Positions 14,201-25,051 of a DNA stretch of 64,000 nucleotides are shown here, one piece after another. The stretch's first letter is position 1, and each line of letters begins with the position of its first letter. A program made the translations under genes and the position numbers. The notes beneath the pieces were generated by a model. That model did no database searches and was not told where the DNA came from. It saw nothing but the letters and a program-made list of their open reading frames with translations. Source of the DNA: Auanema rhodensis (Eukaryota; Animalia; Nematoda); the NCBI GenBank assembly GCA_964057225.1, contig OZ059894.1:10168001-10232000 (forward strand). The letters run 5' to 3'.

Positions 14201-15680
14201 TCACATAAGTTGATGGAAAAAAAAAAGTTTCTCTCAACTTTTCCCAGTAAATTAGTCGCCTTGAAGTTTGGTAAATTTTATAGATTAATCTTAATTCATA
14301 TAAACTTCTTTTATTAAACTCATTTTGAACTAATTAAGCTGTATTAACCATAAAAAGGCTATATAATGTTGTTGAATGCGTCAGTGAGCTTATCGAAAAA
14401 GGGAGAGGGGGGGGAGGGGTGGCAGTATAGGAACAAGTCCCAGATTTTTTTTTATATTGTAAACAACTTTTCATATGATAAAATGTCATTTAAACTGCAC
14501 AAATTTTATAATTTAATTATATTGTATAGTATTGGTCATTTATACTTTTATTTCATAACATCTAGTGATTGTGGAAACGTCTTATTATTGTCTCCTGTAC
14601 TTATCCTCTTCGTTCATATTACTTCTCCTTTAAGTCCTCTCTTATCGACTTATACTCTCTATAAATATCTTCCAATCATATATGCAATCACTCAATCCCT
14701 CTTTATTCTTTTTGCTATTTCTCATTTAGCTCTGACACTTCACAAGAGTTATGACCAGAACGCTGATGACACCAACATTGATGTCGACGAAGCTTCTGCG
14801 ATAAAGATTTAGTGCTGTAGCTGTTAAAGCATCAAATCCCTTGCGATCACTGATTTCTCTTCGAGTATTACTTGTTCAGCTTGATTGATGGTGGCTTCTT
14901 TCCTGGATGAACAACTAAATACAAACTTTTTTTTTGAAACACAATATTTCTTCAAATAGTTGAGTCAGGCAATAGTCAGCTCTCAAGTGCAAATATTTTG
15001 CGGTCGAAAACATCACTCTCCCACCCTCCCACCGTTGTACCTATTCAACCAAATTTATTAGTATCTGATGATATTGAAGTGGTATGTTATCGAAGATGCC
15101 TCGAATTGCTGCACATTTATGTTGGCGGTTACCTTGACAACCCCAACCAACGGCTCGAATTTATTGAAAGCATGCACGAACTATTTCATAAAACGTCTTT
15201 AAAGTGCGGCTGTTTTTTCTATTCGTTTCTTTTACTCAAAGAAGAAAAAAGCTTGTGAAATAGCTTTTATCCATTCAATCTTTATCTTGAGAATGTTTAA
15301 AAAGCTGATCATGAGTAAACAGATGCTAGTCTTCATAGTTCATAGCTCGTGCAAATCGCTACAATTTCGATCCATAAGATAGAACTATGTTAGATTGAAT
15401 TCTGTTTTCTGAAACTGTTAATCATCTTGACGTTCTTCGCGGTTTCACTAGAGCATCACAAACAGCCTGTTTTCCATTGCACGTTCAACTTTATTGTCGC
15501 TCAATGGAAAATATGTTCTTCTTATTGCGAGAAGACAATTTGTCACGCATCTTTTATATGAAACGTTATTTATCAACCTAAAACCTAGGTTAGTTCTCAA
15601 TAAAATGTGTTGAACTCGAAATTTTGTATCCACTTTACTACTGTTTGTCTTTATTTATTGTCTTGTCTATATTTTTTACA

Positions 15681-15710
15681 AGCGCGCTACGTTGCGAATT
15701 TTGCGCCAAT
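15681..15710 (+). promoter_or_regulatory. GC-rich promoter element with an E2F/DRM-like TTTTGCGCC motif upstream of the Pellino operon
   Basis: AGCGCGCTACGTTGCGAATTTTGCGCCAAT about 120-150 bp upstream of the Pellino ATG, in an otherwise AT-rich context. Confidence 0.4.
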
Positions 15711-15829
15711 ACACATCCCTTTAAGCTCTTGACCATGCGCTTTCTTGTAACTATAGTAGTTGATGCTGTTTAACACTGTTATATTGCAGTTTTCAATTGA
15801 GCTTTCCTCTCTATTTGCTCAATAGGGCC

Positions 15830-18209
15830 ATGAGTGTCCCTGACTGTGATAATATATCAGTTGATTCTCGTGAGTTGGAAAACTCTAATATTGAGTATGG
15901 AGATGATATTGTAAAACGTCTCGACCTCGATGATGGTGTATATGGAGAATTAATCCTGCTTGGGTAAGTCATATAGCATTATTTGATATTAATCAACAAT
16001 TTCATTTTAGCTACAATGGAGCTCACGATAGCAAAACTTCGATTCCTGTTAAGCGGCATTCAACTAAAATGGTTCTTTCTCGTAGAACTTTTGGAAATGG
16101 AATTAAGAAGGGAGGAGTAATTCAAAGCAATTCTGACGGAAAAGATGCTCCGGTATACATTAAAGTACAAGATGAGATTTTTATTCTTTTTTTTTCTTGT
16201 ATAGGCTGTTTTGGATCGTTCTCGACATGTTGTATCTTATACATATAGCAAAAAACAATCTGTTCTGGTAGAATATCTATCGGATTCTTCAAAAGATATG
16301 TTCCAGGTATTGCTTTTTTTTATTAATTTCAATACCATATTGCAAAACTATAATAACATAATGAAGTTGATAAGGGGGGGGGTCCGAGGTAGATGATAAA
16401 AAGCTTACAAATTGCTATAATACTTGTTTGTTTGTTTACTTTTTCTATCACATTTTGAATTTAACGTAAACTATACTGATAACAGAAACATTTATCTATT
16501 TATTTTTTTTTGTTTGAATTTTAAACTAACAAAACAATTTTGACCATAACACCACATGATATAACAACGTGCCCCCCGTCGTATTATAGTGGACATGTAA
16601 TTACCAAAATCAATCAATTATTTTCTTCTATATATTTTTTTATCTATGTTTTATTACAGATTGGTAGGTCTTCGGAAGATCAAATTGATTTTACAATTGT
16701 TGATACTTGGCTCGCTTCCAGTGCTCACAATGGGTCACTTCATGGTAATATAATACTTTTTTCTTTGTTCTTCTAACTTTGATATATTTTTAGTAAATCC
16801 TAATGCCAAACAGGACAAGAGGTCTATGGCTTCTACTATTAGTCGGTAAAATATCTATTACAGTTATGTTAAAACGTTTAACTATTCTAGATATGCCTGC
16901 CGTATTTTGGTTGATAGGGAAAACCCCGGAAAATCTTATTTATATGCAGCAGGATTCGATTCTATGAAAAATATATTTTTAGGAGTAAGTTTGGATGCTT
17001 TAGTGCAATGATTATTCGTGCTTTTCTAGGAAAAAGCCACAAAGTGGAGTAAAAAGAATGGCGAGGTTGATGGACTCACAACAAATGGAGTTCTCATTCT
17101 TCATCCAAATCGAAACACTGAGGCAAGTTCTTCTCCCTTGTGGGTTATTTGAAAAAACTTAAAATTTTAATAAAAATAGTTTTGTCTAATTAATATATAT
17201 AAGAGCAACCAGTTTTGTGATTCTGACAAAAAAAATAAAATAATACGTGCGTGCGTCAAAAAATATGCTAATTCTTGCGTACGGCTTATATTGCAATTTT
17301 ATAAATTCCTTCATTTATGTTTTTAATTTCAGGATTTATTAGATGAATCTGAATCTGATATGTATATCTGGAGGGAAGTATCAGTTGACGGTGATATATT
17401 TGCTTTACGTGAAACTAGAAGCAGTAATGCGCGTGGCGCTTTAATTCCCGAAGAAACCAATATGCTGCAGGTATTTGAAAAATTATTCTTCATTATATAA
17501 ACGTTTTGTAACAGGATGGAACTCTAATTGACCTTTGTGGAGCGACATTGTTATGGAGAACTGTCGATGGCCTTGCAAAATCACCGACATTGATGGAGTT
17601 GGAAAATGCGCTTGACCGTCTCAATGCCGGCAAACCACAGTGTCCAGTAAACTTGAATACTCTCATTATTCCGAAAAAGAAAAGCGGTTCCACAGTTAGC
17701 AGTCGTCAACCATACGTAAGTTCTTTGTTTTATTATTGAAATCATCCCGGATTATCGTTCTTATAGGTTTATTTACGTTGTGGACATGTACAAGGTAAGC
17801 ACAAGTGGGGAGTTCAGGAGTCCGGAGGGCTAACAATGTCTAAGTGCCCCATATGCTTAGAAGAGAGCGAACGAATTTTACCGGTTTGTTCAAAGTTCAA
17901 CCATACGTATAAAGTTTTGCTTATTTTCAGCTGACAATGGGTATGGAATCCTCTTTCCACCTCGATTCCGGAACCTTGGATCATGCTTTCAATCCCTGCG
18001 GTCACGTGGCTAGCAAGAATACTGTATTGTATGTTTATACCATTCCCCAACCTTCTCTTATATAGCGTTTTTACAGATATTGGTCTCGAATCCCTCTACC
18101 TCATGGCACTAACAGCTTCCATCCAGTATGCCCGTTCTGTACAATCTTACTAGCTACAGAAAAGCCTTATGTTAAACTAATTTTCCAAGATCATCTTTAT
18201 GATACCTAA
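15830..18209 (+). CDS. peli-1: Pellino E3 ubiquitin ligase (FHA-like domain plus C-terminal RING-like domain)
   Basis: 12 exons: 15830-15963, 16011-16152, 16205-16306, 16660-16744, 16794-16844, 16891-16984, 17030-17122, 17333-17470, 17515-17715, 17767-17883, 17931-18028, 18077-18209. Hallmark Pellino motifs: YGELILLGYNG, DMFQIGRS, STISRYACRIL, YAAGFDS..NIFLGEKATKW, DGLTTNGVLILHP, WREVSV, LQDGTLIDLCGATLLWR, CPVNLNTL, CGHVQG, HAFNPCGH, YWSRIPLPHGT..CPFC, LIFQD. Confidence 0.97.
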
Positions 18210-18710
18210 TATGACGTGTTATGTTTTAACGGTTTGTACATTTCGCTTGCATTTTAAACAGATCATTGTACCTATTTGTACAAGCAATATTCTTATTTTC
18301 CATGTATATAACCTTAATATGTTCATAGATGATTTGTTGAATATCACAATTTTTTGATCTCATTTATGACTTTCCTCTTCTTATTCAATTGTTTCGACCA
18401 ATCTCTTGGCAGTTTTGCCTCTTACTAGTCATCCGGGCATATTATTTTCTGTGTTACCTTTTTTTGGCACTTTTTCTATGATTGTAGTGTACTTTATATT
18501 TTGCTACGATTCTGTGATCATTAACTGAATTATTGGCATGAAAAATAACGATCATTGCCACAACATACCAACCACACGTACTTCTTGATGAAGCTTTTCC
18601 TTATATGTATTTCTGTTTTCTGCCGTCGAATTTTTTGCCTGTTATTCAATGCAGTGAAATATCTGAACAAATTGTGTTTTTATCAAAGAAAATTCTCGGT
18701 ATATATTCAG

Positions 18711-19411
18711 ATGTCTACCGAGATTATAAAAGGGTTACAAGATGCTTTACTCTCATGCCCAGGGGCTCTGACTATTTTTGTCACCGATTATGACGGTGTT
18801 ATTATATGCAGCGTTGGTATGGGTTATTTAAAAATTTATAAAATTTAGCAACAAACAATGGAGAATCCAAGTTGATCCGAAAGTATATGCAAACAAGCTT
18901 ATAAGTTTTCAAACGGACTCGATAAAGTAAAATCGATAATAGTTTCTCTTATTTGTAGAATGGGTGACAAGTTACACTTTCTAGATCAAAATTCAATGCT
19001 TTAACCAGTTTATTATACTGAGACTACGAATTAAGGTGAAGAACAACGGTCTCGTCAAGCTTTAGTAGCAAGTCAACAAGGCACTATTGACCAAACGGGA
19101 AAATTATTAATGGGTTCGTCAATATACTATCGTACAAGCGTTGCAAACAGTTGAATTTCCCTTCCAGGACAGCATAGAAGCTCAATTTACTATTACGAGA
19201 GATCACAATTAGTTGTTCTTTCAGCTCATCCACTTACAGCTTATATCCTGGCTGTTCCTGATGTATGTTGTTCAAATTACAGTTCTAAAAGGCGAATCAC
19301 ATTACTTTTCAGGCCAACACAGGGCAATTATTGAAGCTTAGAGATAGACTTGATCCCCTCATGCGACAAATCATGCATGTTATTCCAAGTCTACCTAAAG
19401 GTGTTCATTAA
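18711..19411 (+). CDS. lmtr-3: Ragulator subunit LAMTOR3 (MP1), roadblock fold
   Basis: Exons 18711-18816, 19036-19113, 19168-19262, 19313-19411. Translation: MSTEIIKGLQDALLSCPGALTIFVTDYDGVIICSVGEEQRSRQALVASQQGTIDQTGKLLMGQHRSSIYYYERSQLVVLSAHPLTAYILAVPDANTGQLLKLRDRLDPLMRQIMHVIPSLPKGVH. Matches the LAMTOR3 pattern (IxVxDxDGV, DQxxKL, SxxYY, ANTG). The ATG directly follows an ATTCAG acceptor. Confidence 0.92.
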
Positions 19412-19667
19412 ATCTGTCATTATCCATTCAACTTTCACCCTTCTCTCTTACCTTTTATATTTAGTTCGGAAGATTTAATGAACGGGAAATCGCAATCTAG
19501 TTGAATCTTGCCCCTCCAGAGCAAATTTTAAATTGACATATCGCTTCTAATTTTTCAGTTTTGACACTTTACTTATAATTTTGTAAAAAGTCGTTATTTG
19601 CTGTGATTTATGAACTTACAATATTTTTAAATATTTTCTGAAGATTTTATTAATGTTTCGGCATTAT

Positions 19668-19722
19668 GCCCTCGAAAGGCTTATTTTCATCAACATCTTC
19701 TCTTTTTAATTTATTCATTTAG
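19668..19722 (+). promoter_or_regulatory. Putative intercistronic Ur element and trans-splice acceptor
   Basis: Short stem-loop GCC-CTCGAAA-GGC (19668-19680) followed by TATTTT (UAYYUU, 19682-19687), about 35 nt upstream of a CATTTAG acceptor ending at 19722. Confidence 0.55.
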
Positions 19723-19739
19723 AAATTTATGAATTAAAT

Positions 19740-22122
19740 ATGTTTGCTTCGAAATCTTCATGGGCTTTCTCTTTTCGACAGGTAGGATTTCAAGCAATGT
19801 TTTCGATGAATCACAAATTCATATAGGTGTTTGCTCGGGTATCCCCAAATTATAGAAGAAGATGGACAACTTTTCGTTCGGCTGTTCGTCGAAATTCTCC
19901 ATTGAACGCTAAGTTAGTAAAACAATTCAGCTAAATTAATATCATGTGATATGTAGGAATTTTGGCTATGATACTAGGATACTTCTCGCTTTTACATCAG
20001 CAGCTGGATTTTCCTTCAAAGATCATGGTCTCTATTAATCTTAATGCTCAAGCTTTAAATAATTTCAATTTTCTCAGGGATTACTGACGAAAGGATAAAT
20101 ACGGCAGAGGAAAGAAGAAGTGAATTCGATTTGAGAAATGAGAAAGAACAAGGTTGGGAACCTCTGGTTATTGAAGAAAATTTTAGAGCTTACAGGAGGT
20201 AAAACTGATTTCCTCCCCTTAATTCAATAATTTTCTGTTTAGAGCAGTACCAGGACCTTATGAAATGTATGAATACAAGTGTGCTGGAACATATTTTGAT
20301 ATTAGTCCAAGGACATTTTTAGGTTTTTTACTCGCTAACATGATATTTAAGTGGATTTTAATTTAAGATTCTCAGAACGATTTGAACTATCGCAAAGAGT
20401 GGGATAGTAATATTATTTCTTTGGATCTCTTGAAGGAAGAAGATGATCATGAGGTATTTATTCCGAATTATATGTTTTTCTCAAGTGCTAGCAACCTTTT
20501 CAGCTCATAAAATGGGTTTCTAAATATCCATATCCACTATATCCTCGTGAATATGTTTATTCTCGACGCACATGGGTATCTGATGACGAAAAGGTTGTAG
20601 TAGTAGAAAGTGAAGTAGTTCCTGAAAACGTATGTTTTGACTTTGAAATTCTGTTATTCTACAGAATCTGTTTCCTCAGATTTATCCATCATCCGATAGC
20701 AAAAATGTGAGAGTGGGCACTTATACTTCTAGGATGGCTGTTAGAGCTCACAAGAATTGGGACGATCATGGAGTTGGTAAGTCCTTTTAACAACTTTTCA
20801 TGGGTGAGCTAGAAACCAAAAAACAACCTACTTCCTATTCAGATTATATTCTTATCTACTCTGATAATCCTGAGGCTAATATCCCAAAATATATTTATAA
20901 CTGGATCATTGATCGAGGTGGTCCTTATTTCCTCAAACAGGTATTTTTCAATTGGGATTTAGCAGCTAAAAATGCTTTTGCTATGATTTAGGTGCATGCA
21001 GCAGCTTTGCAGATTCAAAACAGTGGGCGGCAGATTATGTCTACGATGGAGAAAATGAGACAACTCCGGCTTTCGAAGGATCAGCCAACCAAAGCAGGTA
21101 CATAAAATAACGGTCACCTAGAAGATTTGTCACCCAAAGGAATTGTCATCCCGAAGAGTTGTGACCATCACAAAAACTATTCTCTTTTAAAATCACATAC
21201 TACCTTGGACGATGTTTAAAGAAGTATGTAGGCTAGTTGGAAATTCTTAAAAATGCCGTGGGAAATTGTTGGTCTCTTTCAATTGGGTTTCAGTGATGAT
21301 ATCAAATCCATATCTTCGGTATGGGGAAACTATATGAGCCCTCCCCCATGAGCCCTAAGTAAGCTCAAATAAATGGAGATTGTATTCAGAAATCAGACAT
21401 TTCTTCAATTATCACCACTTGATGAAACATTCCTAAAAGCTTGTGACGTGGCAAAATTTTGAAAAATGTTTCTCACTTTTTTCTTAAACTTACACGAGAC
21501 CAAGAGAACCTTCAGTAGCATAGCAACATTTTTAAAAATTCGCGCAAAAGGCTTAAAGTGGCAGTAAGTTTAGGGAATGAGACTTCTCAGCAGTTAATAT
21601 AATCAAATATTTTTTGAGTTCATAATTTTTTAATTGTTTAACTACTAAGATTATTAAACTTCTTCATATTTGGGGAAAATATGCACCAAATAAGATCTAT
21701 GGTATATTACTTCATGTGCAAAAATTATCACCAACTAAGCCGATTGGCGACAATTCTACTGTGTGGGTGACAATACTTATGGGGTAACAATCCTTTATTT
21801 TTGCCGATCAAAGCTTGTGCTGAGCCGGCTTGGTCTACTAAAGATGAAGTAAACTATTTCAGTGACTAATAGTCATTCAGTGGCTGAAACAGCAACGCCG
21901 GAGAGTCCAAAGCCGTTAGAGAGCGATGAGCCCATAACCGCAACTACAACCGCAAACACTCCAGAGAACTGCGCCGACCACTACGATGGAGCTGTGAGGT
22001 ATGCGCAAGATTCGCTACTCGACATCAGACAATTTCCCCTTGTTAGCCGCATGGCGACGTCGTTGAAGAACGCGGCTTGCAAGGTTTCACAGACGGTCCA
22101 TGAGATCCCAAAAGGATTTTAA
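19740..22122 (+). CDS. START-domain phosphatidylcholine-transfer protein, STARD7/PCTP-like, with an Arg-rich mitochondrial-type presequence
   Basis: 11 exons: 19740-19781, 19827-19912, 19957-20027, 20078-20198, 20243-20322, 20368-20453, 20504-20629, 20680-20776, 20843-20940, 20992-21097, 21863-22122. Motifs: GWEPLV, YEYKCAGTY, YRKEWDSN, YPYPLYPREYVYSRR, YSDNPEANIPKYIYNW, GGPYFLKQVH. The N-terminus (MFASKSSWAFSFRQVFARVSPNYRRRWTTFRSAVRR) has no acidic residues. Confidence 0.92.
21111..21800. mobile_element. Degenerate MITE-like insertion in the last START-gene intron
   Basis: Repeated TTGTCACC-like motifs at the left end (about 21127-21166) and their reverse complements (GGCGACAA, GGTGACAA, GGTAACAA) at the right end (about 21746-21790). 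The intron is 765 nt, versus about 45-65 nt for the gene's other introns. Confidence 0.45.
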
Positions 22123-22741
22123 ACTTACAGCTTGTAACAAAGATCACTTGAGCTCACATAAGTATTACTAAGTATAGGATTAAGATGATGATGATGCAGC
22201 ATATCAGCTGTGATGGTTCTGCAACACCCTGCAGGCCCACACAAATTAATGTTGTTTTTAGAGAAACTTTAACTAGTCAGAGTATATCATTTTAAAAGAA
22301 ATTTTTAGATTTTGAATTAGATTAGAATTATAGATTTTTGATCAGATTGAAGTATTATATGATTCTATGAATGTTTTCTTGAAAACGGTGAAGCAAACAA
22401 GTGCGTTTACTGAAACAGTGCTCAATTTAATTTTTTTTCTGTTCACTTTTCTTATATTGAAGACGTTTAGCTATTTGTCAGTTTTTTGTTAATTGTTTGA
22501 AAGTTTGTTATATATAGATTTTATGTTGGGTGGAACACCTTTTGTTGGAATTTTCTTGACAGTAAATTTGTTTTGAAATCTTTTATTTGCAATTAATAAT
22601 GAAATCTGCTGATTGATTATCGCTCAGGAAATGGGAGAAGCGAAGTTGGATGTGAGATCCATGGCAATCTTTTCATTCATTTAACTACCCTTCAATCTAT
22701 GAAATTCAGATAGTGTTTTGAATAGAAAGGTGAGTTAGACA

Positions 22742-23197
22742 TCAGGTAAGATAGGCCAATGTGACAAATCTTTTTTGCGTATAGCGGGGGTAGGTCTGAC
22801 GGTGAATCTTTGTAAACAGGACGTTGTTGCGTCGGTGACGTTGGTAGAAGTATACATCTTCTCCTGAAACGAGGAAACTTTTAGAATCTCTCTTTGTAAA
22901 GATAGGATGATGGATAGTGAGGTTATGTATGAGAAATAGAGAACGCAAACGGCTGTAATCTTAAATATTGATGGCCATGTTTCAACTAGTATAGAATAAG
23001 AAGCTGTGAGAAACCCAGGGAAATTCAAGATTTTGCTTTTTCAAATGTAATGAGTAAATTCATTTACAACAAGATTAGCTTTTTATGCCTCCCCCCCTCA
23101 TCTCTAAACTTGTGGGTTGTTTTAGTAGGCTCTAGCAGATTTTGAATTAGTTGATGGAAAATGAAAAAAAAAGATGAAAAGAATGAGTTTGTAGAGC

Positions 23198-23231
<34 letters not shown>

Positions 23232-25051
23232 GAGGAAGAGAACAGACATAGATGAGCTCGGGTGGTCAAATGAATTGAAGACGTCAATTGAAGTGACGTA
23301 GTATTATTGCGACTTTGAACATATTGGATTTATAGACAGAGGGTGTGAAGAGGGAATAAAAGAGCAAAAGAAAGATCTTAAGAGACATAAAACTGGGAAT
23401 GACGTCATAGTCTGTCTGGCTTTGACCAGCGATTAAGGGAATTGTCCATTCTTGACCTATAGACCATCAACGTTATTCCTAAACCAGTAATGAATATAAC
23501 GACTATACACGTTAGCAAATTGCTCTTGTTCCGTGGCATTCCTCTAAGTATAGAGGAATGGATAGTAGCCAGGGGAAGATGTTACATTCAATAGTTGAAT
23601 GAGACTTTATGAGATTTATCAGTTTTTTTTTGGGGGGAAATGACTAATATCGTTAGACTTCCCGAAATAGTTCAAAAAGCTCAATGACACTGGCAGTCAG
23701 AAATGTAGGAAGTCTGAGAAAAGAAATCGTTAATGCTTGTATAATCCTCAACTCATTCAAATTGTTGATGATTTAGACTTTTGTTTGAAGCTTTATCTAT
23801 GAAAACTAACTAATATTAGTCAGAGGATATTTAAAAACGGACTTGATGGACAGAAGAATAACGTGAGAATCGGCTCTTATCATTGAAAATTAGTTAGAAT
23901 TTCAATAATGAACAGCAAGTAAATTTAAAAATTTCATTTCCGATTAGATATTATTAAAGATTTTTTGATAAAATGATCTCATTGCTGTCACTTTCTTTGA
24001 CCATATGAGCCCATATGATGGCTTTTCTTTTAATCCTTAATTTCTTAATTTTAGTTCTTTTACTCAAGAAAAAGATCGTTAAAACACTTTCTAGTTTCGC
24101 TGATCACATATCTCTTTCCCTTTCTCTCTCTCTTTGTCTCCATAAACTGAAATGCTCTAATCAAGCTTTTTAAAAGTCCATCACCTTCACTGTTACTACT
24201 TAAGAGTGTCTCCATTAGGTTGAGAGCCTAAGAATGACTTTCAGAAGATTTTACAACAAGAAAGTTGATAATCAAGATGTCTTTTTTTATTTTTTTACTT
24301 TGCAAAATGTACATAGTTTCAACTAAGCATTACTTGCTCATCCCCGTTTACTCTCCCTGGCCCTATAGCTCTTTCGTGTCATCTCGCCCACTCTTTCACC
24401 CTCCCTCGCACTCGTTTTTTTCTTTCAAATAAAATGAAAAACAGTTAATTCATTTGAACTTCAATAATAAAAATTAAAAAAATAACGTTAATAGTAATAC
24501 TGATTTACTACTAAAAGTTATTTCATTGAGCAAAGAAAAAAAAACAAATAAAAACAAGTAAAAGAAGGTAAAAGATTTTTCAGAAATAGAAATAATAATA
24601 ATAGAAAACTAATATAGTAGTAGTATATCTCTCTCTATATATACATAAATAATTAAATAATTAATAGAAATATACAGAAATATATCTAATTATCTCAAAC
24701 ATTATAGGAAAGCAATAATTGAAATAGTAGAATCAAGGAAAAAGCTTGAAGTTTTGTCTTTAGTCGTCATTGATATTCCTTATAAAATTATAAATACATA
24801 GAGTTAGATACATATAGTTAGAGAAGAAAACAAGAAACTGATTCAAACTAACATTTGGAATTCCTATCCGCATGAAAATTAGGGGAAAAAATGAAAAGAA
24901 TGGGAGGTGATGCGGAGATAAAGTGGCACATCATTCAAATATAGATTCATGACAACTCACCTTCACTGTCGTCATCAGAAAAATAGGGAAAAGCCTGACA
25001 GACAACCAGCAATAACAGGAGAACCAGACATAGTAGGTTAATAGATCTCAT
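22742..25051 (-). CDS. Small secreted prepropeptide, 70 aa (neuropeptide-like or antimicrobial-peptide-like precursor)
   Basis: Exon 1 is 25051-24961, ending on a G|GTGAGT donor. Exon 2 is 22863-22742, preceded by a TTTCAG acceptor. The phase-1 join gives MRSINLLCLVLLLLLVVCQA-FPYFSDDDSEGEDVYFYQ-RHRR-NNVLFTKIHRQTYPRYTQ-KR-FVTLAYLT*. AATAAA on the minus strand at 22587-22582. Confidence 0.8.

Noticed and set aside
21195-21231. Small hairpin whose 3' arm (TAAAGAAGTATGTA) resembles the 3' part of miR-1
   Set aside because: The seed GGAATGT is absent, and the hairpin (about 35 nt) is too short for a pre-miRNA.
22735-23028. 97-aa minus-strand ORF overlapping peptide exon 2
   Set aside because: It has a non-ATG start and its frame does not match the phase-1 donor of exon 1; the other frame gives a coherent precursor.
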